Shown: positions 25,371 through 32,320 of the stretch, piece after piece
Position numbering within the stretch: position 1 is the first letter of the stretch
Layout of the letters: each line of letters opens with the position of its first letter
From: Thermoplasmata archaeon HGW-Thermoplasmata-1
GTDB taxonomy: Archaea > Thermoplasmatota > E2 > GCA-002838935
Direction: 5' to 3'
Assembly: GCA_002838935.1 (NCBI GenBank)
Contig: PGXE01000001.1
Location: 1 to 32,320 of the forward strand
DNA length: 32,320 nt
Translations under genes and position numbers: made by a program
Notes under the pieces: generated by a model
Database searches by the model: none
Told to the model about the DNA's origin: nothing
Seen by the model: only the letters and a program-made list of their open reading frames with translations

Positions 25371-26420
25371 ATGGCAGATTTCGTTCTTGCTGCGGCACGC
25401 TGGGCATTTCCCTTCCTCCTTATTCTCGAAGGGATTTTCGCAGGGATAGTCTTTGAGCACTACGTTCTAAAAAGGGTAACCCGGGGAAAATCCAGATTCC
25501 GGGAGAGCTTTTTTAAGGCCTTCAACCGCATGGGAATAGTCTGGTTCACGCTCGCGGGCGTCTATGCCGCGGTCAGAAGCGCGGACATCATACCCGGCAT
25601 AGTCATCAGCGCCCGCATTCTGGAGATACTGAACAAAACCATTCTCGTGGTCTTCGTGTTGAGCTTGAGCCTCGTTATCGCGCGTATCTGCGGAGGGGGG
25701 GTTCGGCTCTATACGAGAAAGACCAAGGGCCTTGAACAATCAACCTCCATATTTGTCAGTTTCCTCAACGTTCTTATTTTTGTTATAGGGCTAATGGTGA
25801 TACTACAAAGCTTCGGGGTCTCTATCACACCCCTGCTGACAGCTCTTGGAATCGGCGGTATCGCGATTGCGCTGGCTCTGCAGGACACCCTCTCCAATCT
25901 CTTTGCGGGATTCCAGATAATCGCATCGAAAAAGATCCGGGTCGGCGACTACATAAAACTCGATTCCGGTGACGAGGGGCATGTAACAGACATAACATGG
26001 AGGAATACGACAATCCGTTCACTGCCAAACAACACCGTTGTCCTTCCGAATTCGAGGCTCGCAAACTCCATCGTGACCAACTACAACATTCCGGAAAAGG
26101 AGATGTCGTTCCTCGTGCAGGTCGGGGTGAGTTATGGCAGCGACCTCGAAAAAGTGGAGCGTGCCACGGTGGATGTCGCGCGAGAGATCATGAAAACGGT
26201 ACCCGGCGGCGTGCCCGGATTCGAGCCGTTCATCCGGTACCACACATTCGGCGATTTCAGCATCGGGTTCACGGTCATTATGCGTGCAAAGGAGTTCGTT
26301 GACCACTATCCGCTAAAGCATGAGTTCGTGAAGAAGCTTCACGCCCGCTATATAAAAGAAGGCATAGAGATACCCTTTCCGATAAGAACCGTCCGCATGC
26401 AGGGCGGGGACGTTTCCTAA
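25371..26420 (+). CDS. mscS: Small-conductance mechanosensitive channel
   Basis: LGIGGIAIALALQDTLSNLFAG, IRVGDYI, VGVSYGSDL, GIEIPFP; the ORF is open from 25356. Confidence 0.93.
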   Translation: MADFVLAAARWAFPFLLILEGIFAGIVFEHYVLKRVTRGKSRFRESFFKAFNRMGIVWFTLAGVYAAVRSADIIPGIVISARILEILNKTILVVFVLSLSLVIARICGGGVRLYTRKTKGLEQSTSIFVSFLNVLIFVIGLMVILQSFGVSITPLLTALGIGGIAIALALQDTLSNLFAGFQIIASKKIRVGDYIKLDSGDEGHVTDITWRNTTIRSLPNNTVVLPNSRLANSIVTNYNIPEKEMSFLVQVGVSYGSDLEKVERATVDVAREIMKTVPGGVPGFEPFIRYHTFGDFSIGFTVIMRAKEFVDHYPLKHEFVKKLHARYIKEGIEIPFPIRTVRMQGGDVS

Positions 26421-26483
26421 AACGGGCGAGAGGGACTTTTTCAAGAAAGCCTTTTTATAATCTGTTTATTAATACGTAAGCCG

Positions 26484-28034
26484 ATGGCCATGAGACATAT
26501 CGGAGCAGCCGCGATTGCGGCATTGGCGGCCCTGTCGCTTCTTTCCGTGAACGGTTCTGCATTGATGAACAAGCCGGTCGAAGGAACGTTCGTCATCGAT
26601 TCGCTCGAGTCGCAAGGCGGACACCTGATAACCGCAGGCAGGATAAGCGCATCCAGCGACACTAACGGACTTTACGCCTTTCTTGCGATGGACAGTTCGG
26701 CGACCGTCTTCAACGGCAACCTTCTCATAGTCGATACCGACGATGCCGAGCTTTACAACTACAGCGGAAGCCTGACGATTACATTCGAGGGCGGCGGCAT
26801 CGCCTGCGACACCTCTGACGCCTCATCCACCCTGTTCTCCGGCAGTTCGGACTACGCGATAAGCCTGCCGATGGGCGAGTTCGCCGATGCGGCAAACGAA
26901 ACCGGTTTCGACTTCTTCCCGCTCAGTTTCGCAGGTGCCTTCTCGTCAGCCCTCGACGTTCAGGGCAGGACACGGCTCTTTACGGTGGCGGCCACAACTG
27001 TCACCATAACACTCGACGGCGCGGTTATCTCCGACTGGAACGGCAGGGGTGCAAGCGAGGGCGAGTTCTTCTTACAGCTAACACCTTCCGCAGGCTCGGT
27101 CGCCATTTCACAGCACTCTCTTCTCTCTGTCATGGGCGTGCCGTACGGCAGCAGCGCCGGCGGCGTAAGCGTTATAATGTCATCTGCCGACGCCGAAGAC
27201 ATCTCCGGGTTTTTCGAAGATTTTCAGGATGCAATCAATGCGATTCAGGGGGAAGGACAGGAGGACGCATTGCCGCCGGAACTGGGGGAGATAGGTGAGC
27301 TCGAGGGCATATTGCCGCTTGCAAACAACCTTGCGGTGATAATAGACATGAATGTCAGCGGAACAATCGGCGAGGAGGCCGCACCGCTCAAATCGCCTAT
27401 CGTGATGCGCGGCACAGGCGAAACCATTGTGGACTACGCCGGAACGGCCAGCGGCGTATCGGCGACGCTTTCAGGCGATTATGCGGTCATATTCCTTGGC
27501 GAGGAATTTTATTCGCCCAATGCGTGGTATACCAATAAAATCCCGCTTCCGCAGACCTCGATAGGGCTATGGTCGGTCGCTATAGGCGCGTTCGTTCTCG
27601 CGCATGTGCTCGTGAAGAAGAAAAAGCTCAACGTGGAGCGGTCTAAGAAGGCGAGGTGGCCGGCGATTGGCCTGCATCTCGTGACCGCCGTAGGCCTGCT
27701 CGTGCTGTGGGATTTCGAGGTGGCGGGCTTTTTTGGCACTAGTATATTGACTATGGCGAGCACGGGCGGTTTCGCGCTTCCATCCTCCTTGATAGGGGCC
27801 GCGCCCTGGGCGGTCGTCATAGCGATACAGATGATGCCGCTCGCGCTCGCCAGCGTCGCCTTCGGCCTTCCCGCGAGTATAATAGCGAACGATGCCTTGC
27901 GTTTCTTCAAGTTGGGCCGCAAGGCGAGAGGAGTCGGCCACGCGGTTGGCGACGTAGTCACCTACACCGTCGGCTCGCTGTTCATACTGCCGATACTCAA
28001 CCTGATAATCTCGCAACTCGTCGGCAGATTATAG
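26484..28034 (+). CDS. Hypothetical membrane-anchored protein (signal peptide, acidic beta-rich ectodomain, ~4 C-terminal TM)
   Basis: 516-aa ORF, TTTTTATAA ~23 nt upstream, hydropathy by eye; no family recognised. Confidence 0.78.
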   Translation: MAMRHIGAAAIAALAALSLLSVNGSALMNKPVEGTFVIDSLESQGGHLITAGRISASSDTNGLYAFLAMDSSATVFNGNLLIVDTDDAELYNYSGSLTITFEGGGIACDTSDASSTLFSGSSDYAISLPMGEFADAANETGFDFFPLSFAGAFSSALDVQGRTRLFTVAATTVTITLDGAVISDWNGRGASEGEFFLQLTPSAGSVAISQHSLLSVMGVPYGSSAGGVSVIMSSADAEDISGFFEDFQDAINAIQGEGQEDALPPELGEIGELEGILPLANNLAVIIDMNVSGTIGEEAAPLKSPIVMRGTGETIVDYAGTASGVSATLSGDYAVIFLGEEFYSPNAWYTNKIPLPQTSIGLWSVAIGAFVLAHVLVKKKKLNVERSKKARWPAIGLHLVTAVGLLVLWDFEVAGFFGTSILTMASTGGFALPSSLIGAAPWAVVIAIQMMPLALASVAFGLPASIIANDALRFFKLGRKARGVGHAVGDVVTYTVGSLFILPILNLIISQLVGRL

Positions 28035-28074
28035 CGAGTAAACTCTTTTAACCAAAATGACATTCCGCAAGACC

Positions 28075-29817
28075 ATGGAATCGCCTTTCAAGTCTTTTGG
28101 GCGCGAAGTCTCCGCCCTGCTGTGCAAGGCCTACGGTTCGCTGGGGCTCGATGCGGAGCCGGTAGTAGAGACGCCGCCGGATCCTTCTATGGGGGATAGC
28201 GCTTCCCCATGCTTCAACCTTGCAAAGCTTGCACGCAAGTCGCCAGTAGCCCTAGCATCCGGGATAGCAAACGCCATACGCGGCATGGAGAGGGACACCG
28301 TCTACCGCGTCGAGGCCGCAGGCCCGTACGTGAACTTTTTCATAAACGAAGAAAGAGTCGTCGAAATGACGATGGATGCCATATCAAAAGAGGGCGATAG
28401 ATACGGAGTTCTGCCGCCCACCGGCAATAAGGTCATACTCGAGCACACCTCCGCAAACCCGAATGGCCCTTTCCACGTGGGCCGGGCGCGAAACCCGATA
28501 ATCGGCGACACGCTCGTGCGCATATTCAGAAAGGCCGGCAACGAGGTGGACGCCCAGTTCTACGTCGACGACATGGGAAAGCAGGTGGCGATACTCGCGT
28601 GGGGGGTCAACAACCTTAAACCCGGCGACATTACCGCGGTAGAGCGCGAGAAGCACGACCACAAGCTCGTCGTATATTACCAGAAGGCGAACGCGCTGAT
28701 GGGCGAGGACGAAAAGGTAAAGGCGGAGATACATGACCTGCTCAGGCGCACAGAGGAGTGCGAACCGGAAGCGCTCGATTACGTCACTTCGGTCTATACG
28801 GGCGTACTCGAAGGCATGGTCGAGTCGATGGAGAGAATGAACGTCCGCGTCGATTCCTTCATACCCGAATCCAACGTCGTTAAGGACGGCTCCACCGCCC
28901 GCGTCATAGAGGCGCTGCAAAAGAGCGGCTACGCGGAGAAAGAGCCGGACAGCAAGGCGTGGGGCGTCGATATGGCGCAGTTTGGCGTCACGGGACGAAG
29001 CACGAAATTCTACTTCGTGCGAAGCGACGGCACGTCGCTCTACGCGACGCGCGACATAGCCTATCATCTCTGGAAGAGCGAGCACTGCGACCGTATGGTG
29101 AACGTGCTTGGCGAGGACCACCGGCTGGAGGCAAAGCAGGTCGCGGAGTGTCTCAAACTCGTCGGCGCAGGCAAACTGCCCGAAGTGGTATTCTACTCAT
29201 TCGTATCGCTTCCCGAAGGAAAGATGTCAACCCGCCGCGGACGCGTGGTATTCCTCGACGACCTTCTCGACGAGGCTGTCGGACGGGCTTACGACGAGGT
29301 GAAGGCGAGGCGCGGCGACGAGCTTTCGGAAGACGAGATGAGAAGGATAGCCGAGAGCGTGGGAATCGGCGCAGTGCGCTACAACATAGTCAAGGTCCAG
29401 CCGGAAAAAGCCATCACGTTCAAGTGGGAGGAGGCGCTCGCGTTCGACGGCCAGACTGCGCCGTTCATCCAGTATTCCCACGCAAGATGCGCATCCATAC
29501 TGAGAAAGGCGAAAGAGGCGGGTGCCCTGTCCAAGCCGGATTCCGGCAAACTCTTCCATCCGTCCGAGATAGACCTCGTCAAGAGTCTCGCAAAATTGCC
29601 TGACGTCATCGGCGAGGCGGCCGAAACCTGCAAGCCCCATGCGGTTGCGACCTATGCCTACGAGGTGGCGGCAAATCTCAACGTATTCTACCGCGACTGC
29701 CAGGTTATAGGTTCCGGCGAGTTCGAGGGCGCGAGGCTTTCGCTGATCGGGGCGGCAAAGGCGGTGCTTGCAAACACGCTCGATACCCTTGGGATAGACG
29801 CAATCGAAACGATGTGA
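28075..29817 (+). CDS. argS: Arginine--tRNA ligase
   Basis: GPYVNF, EHTSANPNGPFHVGRARN, RSDGTSLYATRD, KMSTRRG, QYSHAR; alternative start 28057. Confidence 0.98.
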   Translation: MESPFKSFGREVSALLCKAYGSLGLDAEPVVETPPDPSMGDSASPCFNLAKLARKSPVALASGIANAIRGMERDTVYRVEAAGPYVNFFINEERVVEMTMDAISKEGDRYGVLPPTGNKVILEHTSANPNGPFHVGRARNPIIGDTLVRIFRKAGNEVDAQFYVDDMGKQVAILAWGVNNLKPGDITAVEREKHDHKLVVYYQKANALMGEDEKVKAEIHDLLRRTEECEPEALDYVTSVYTGVLEGMVESMERMNVRVDSFIPESNVVKDGSTARVIEALQKSGYAEKEPDSKAWGVDMAQFGVTGRSTKFYFVRSDGTSLYATRDIAYHLWKSEHCDRMVNVLGEDHRLEAKQVAECLKLVGAGKLPEVVFYSFVSLPEGKMSTRRGRVVFLDDLLDEAVGRAYDEVKARRGDELSEDEMRRIAESVGIGAVRYNIVKVQPEKAITFKWEEALAFDGQTAPFIQYSHARCASILRKAKEAGALSKPDSGKLFHPSEIDLVKSLAKLPDVIGEAAETCKPHAVATYAYEVAANLNVFYRDCQVIGSGEFEGARLSLIGAAKAVLANTLDTLGIDAIETM

Positions 29818-29822
29818 TTTTT

Positions 29823-31013
29823 TCAATACCCCACGAGTCTTTGCAGATCGGTTATGACGTTGAGGTAGTTTATGAACGCATCGTAGGGGTTGTCGTAAGG
29901 CGAAAAGTAGGTGTGGACGTCCCCGTCGGCAAAGAACTTGGTCGAGCAGTAATAATAGTGGTCGGAGGTTTGAAGCAGGCGCCATGCGTGTTTTATCTGC
30001 CGGTTGCCTGTTTTAAGGACCGCGTCCCTCATGTCCCGCAGCGTATTGAACGCATATTGTTGCATCCTGTTGTCGAGGCACGCCGAAACGTCGCGTTCGC
30101 TGTCCGCCCAGCTTATTGCGAACGGCGCGTCTATCCTGCCTTTCGCCTCGAGCGAATCTATGCATTCTGACGGCGTCGCGAACCGCAGGTCGTCGTAGCC
30201 CCTCATCTCTTCGGGCAGCTTTTCCATAAAACCGAATATGCCCGTTTCCTTCCATTGGTGCTCTCCGAAGGTCTCGTAATCCATGAAAAGATTGATCGTC
30301 TCGCCCGGAGATGCGGCAAGCCATCGCGCGTATTTGTCGGCAAACAGGGGGTATTCGTTCCATCCGCGATCACCGAACCGGAACGCCACGTCATCCGAGA
30401 GGCGGTAGTTCTTGAGAAGCACCTTAATCCCAGGAACTGACGAAGGTTCATACAGATAGTTTGGCAGTCGGCTTCCCAATATCCTTTCGGTGCCTTCCGT
30501 CACGATGCCCTCGTAGCCCAGGTTTTTTATAGTTCCGGCAATCCTGTTGTCGAATATCAGTTCGGTGTTCCGAAACACGCGCGGCGTGACTCCGATCTCA
30601 TTACGCATGACCCTTTTATGTTCGGCCACCTGTTCTGTGAATTCGGTCTGATCCTCGTAAAGCCCTGCTAGCGAGTGGTAATATGTTTCCTGAAGGAATT
30701 CGACGCACCCGGTCTTTGCCAATTCCCGAAAAGAATCGATAACGCCGCCGTCGAAGAGGAGGGCCTGTTCGATGAAAGTCCCGGAAAGCGAGTAGGAAAT
30801 CCGAAAATCCCTGCCACATGCGTCTATCAGCCTAAGCATCATGTCGTTAGCCGGATAGTAGCACCTCTCTGCGACCCGTTTGAATATCGCTTTGTTTTTT
30901 TCCGTATCGAAATAGTCATCTACCGGATTACCGCACGATCTGTCGAATGCCCGAAAACGCCCAAGCCGCATCGGCTGGTGCACCTGGAAGTAGAAGCAGA
31001 CGTTTTTCATCAT
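29823..31013 (-). CDS. Glycoside hydrolase family 57 (alpha-amylase-like)
   Basis: YFQVHQP, ETYYHSL, FRNTELIF, FMDYETFGEH, LQTSDHYYY. Confidence 0.94.
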   Translation of the reverse strand: MMKNVCFYFQVHQPMRLGRFRAFDRSCGNPVDDYFDTEKNKAIFKRVAERCYYPANDMMLRLIDACGRDFRISYSLSGTFIEQALLFDGGVIDSFRELAKTGCVEFLQETYYHSLAGLYEDQTEFTEQVAEHKRVMRNEIGVTPRVFRNTELIFDNRIAGTIKNLGYEGIVTEGTERILGSRLPNYLYEPSSVPGIKVLLKNYRLSDDVAFRFGDRGWNEYPLFADKYARWLAASPGETINLFMDYETFGEHQWKETGIFGFMEKLPEEMRGYDDLRFATPSECIDSLEAKGRIDAPFAISWADSERDVSACLDNRMQQYAFNTLRDMRDAVLKTGNRQIKHAWRLLQTSDHYYYCSTKFFADGDVHTYFSPYDNPYDAFINYLNVITDLQRLVGY

Positions 31014-32197
31014 CCCCCTCCCTCGTTCCCCACGATTCCGTTCGCGGCCTGTACGGCACTTTCGTAAACACGCATCGTCTCGTTAGCGCATTTTGCCCAG
31101 GTGAACTTGCGGCATTCCGTCTTGCCGGAGTTTCCGATGCATTCCCTGAGTTCCCGGCTTTTCAACAACGCTATTATCTTGTTCGCCATCTCGTCGGTAT
31201 CCCAGTAGGGCACCTTCAGCGCGTTTTTGAGCGCCTCGCCGACACCCGTGCTATCGCTCACCACCACAGGCAAACCGCTCGCCATGGCTTCGAGAATGCT
31301 TATGCCGAAAGGTTCGGATACGCTTGGCAGAACGTAGACTTCACTGTCGTTGTATAGATCCATTATCTCATCATCTGGGACGAAGCCGACGAATCTTATC
31401 CTGTGCGGGATGCCGAGTTCGAGCGAGAGTTCGATCAGTTCGCCCAGCATTTCGCCCTTGCCCGCGACCACGAATTCAGCGTCGCCGACCTCATCCAGCA
31501 CTTTTTTTGCGGCCGTAATAAAATACCGGGGGCCTTTTTGTCTGGTCAATTGGGCGAGAAAAAGCACCCTTTTGCCGCCTTGCTCATAATCCCGGCCGCC
31601 GACGCGAGCAAACGCCGAGACGTCGATGCCATTATAAACGGCATATATCTTTACTGACGGTATGCCGTATTTGTCCATTAGCATATTCTTAGTCCAGTTG
31701 CTGACGGCGATGACCGCGTCGGCTGTATTCATCCCCTCTCTTTCCACATCTATTATCCAGTCCTGCGGCATGAAGAACGCAGACCGGTCGTACTCCGTCG
31801 AATGGATGGTCAGGACGAGCGGTATGCCGTAGCGCCTATTTATCTCGATCCCGGCTTTTACCGTTATCCAGTCGTGGCAGTGCACCACCTCGGCATCAAA
31901 ACTCTCGAATGATTCGACGACGCGGGCGTTATACTCCTCGACCGCGGCAAAGAAATTAGAATCGTAGTTCTTTTTGGTTAGCGGATACGGATTTATGCCC
32001 CCCGAAGCAGGAACTTCTATTATTTTCAGGTGGCTGTGGTGCGAGCCGACTCCGCCTTCATCCATGCGCGGCATGTAGAAATCCACGCCCGCGCCCGACC
32101 GGGATAACTCTCGCGTAAGCATCAGGCAGTGGACCCCGAGGCCGCCGGAGATGAAAGGTGGAAACTCCCACCCTATCATCGCTACCCTTTTTATCAT
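31010..32197 (-). CDS. Glycosyltransferase family 4 (alpha-glucan/glycogen synthase-like)
   Basis: GWEFPPFISGGLG, HCHDW, HSTEYDR, SEPFGISILEAM; ATGA overlap with GH57. The ORF-track extension to 32260 runs into the IS end. Confidence 0.93.
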   Translation of the reverse strand: MIKRVAMIGWEFPPFISGGLGVHCLMLTRELSRSGAGVDFYMPRMDEGGVGSHHSHLKIIEVPASGGINPYPLTKKNYDSNFFAAVEEYNARVVESFESFDAEVVHCHDWITVKAGIEINRRYGIPLVLTIHSTEYDRSAFFMPQDWIIDVEREGMNTADAVIAVSNWTKNMLMDKYGIPSVKIYAVYNGIDVSAFARVGGRDYEQGGKRVLFLAQLTRQKGPRYFITAAKKVLDEVGDAEFVVAGKGEMLGELIELSLELGIPHRIRFVGFVPDDEIMDLYNDSEVYVLPSVSEPFGISILEAMASGLPVVVSDSTGVGEALKNALKVPYWDTDEMANKIIALLKSRELRECIGNSGKTECRKFTWAKCANETMRVYESAVQAANGIVGNEGGG

Positions 32198-32222
32198 AAT
32201 GATATAAGCATTATGAGTTATA

Positions 32223-32320
32223 TGCTGTGTGGCACGATTAGTCCTTTCTAACCAACACATACACCTTTTTTCCGATGTACTTCTTTGAGGATAGTATCAT
32301 CGCGCCGTTCCCTATCTTTT
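32223..32320. mobile_element. Other end of the same insertion-sequence type (partial); terminal inverted repeat 32223-32239
   Basis: Exact 17-bp inverted match to 83-99; the interior differs from the left end and encodes a DUF2080-like tail. Confidence 0.82.
32238..32318 (-). CDS. 3' part of a DUF2080-like transposase-associated small protein (5' end outside the window)
   Basis: Translates KIGNGAMILSSKKYIGKKVYVLVRKD*, matching the GN(G/S)A...K.YIGK..Y pattern I recall for DUF2080; the TAA overlaps the inverted repeat. Confidence 0.72.
   Translation of the reverse strand, partial: KIGNGAMILSSKKYIGKKVYVLVRKD

Noticed and set aside
1-32320. Window as a plasmid, provirus or replication origin
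   Set aside because: No rep, integrase, capsid or orc1/cdc6 gene and no ORB motif; the content is core chromosomal.

Overview
A 32.3-kb archaeal chromosomal segment, most consistent with Thermoplasmatota (inferred from archaeal-type IleRS, ArgRS, Trm1, NAC and THEP1 NTPase, TATA boxes ~25 nt before start codons, and GGTGA/GGAGG-type RBS). Most of it is housekeeping: ileS, argS, trm1, NTPase, pssA, tRNA-Phe(GAA), nac, nnr, mscS, CDF/OPT/ABC transporters and a GT4-GH57 alpha-glucan pair. The ORF track misses several things. (1) Both window ends are termini of the same insertion-sequence type, sharing a 17-bp inverted repeat TGCTGTGTGGCACGATT at 83-99 and 32223-32239. The left copy truncates the ABC permease; the right copy sits in the GT4 promoter and carries the tail of a DUF2080-like gene. 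(2) A coiled-coil/wHTH + MinD/ParA ATPase operon is divergent from an MFS-like membrane protein. (3) A surface-protein operon includes a protein with claudin-like four-TM topology and a lipoprotein pseudogene. (4) A decayed copy of the tRNA-Phe 3' end looks like an att relic. (5) A 7 x 16-bp intergenic tandem repeat. (6) A DNA methyltransferase coupled to a PD-(D/E)xK nuclease, a probable type II R-M system. All family calls come from reading motifs by eye; no database searches were run.
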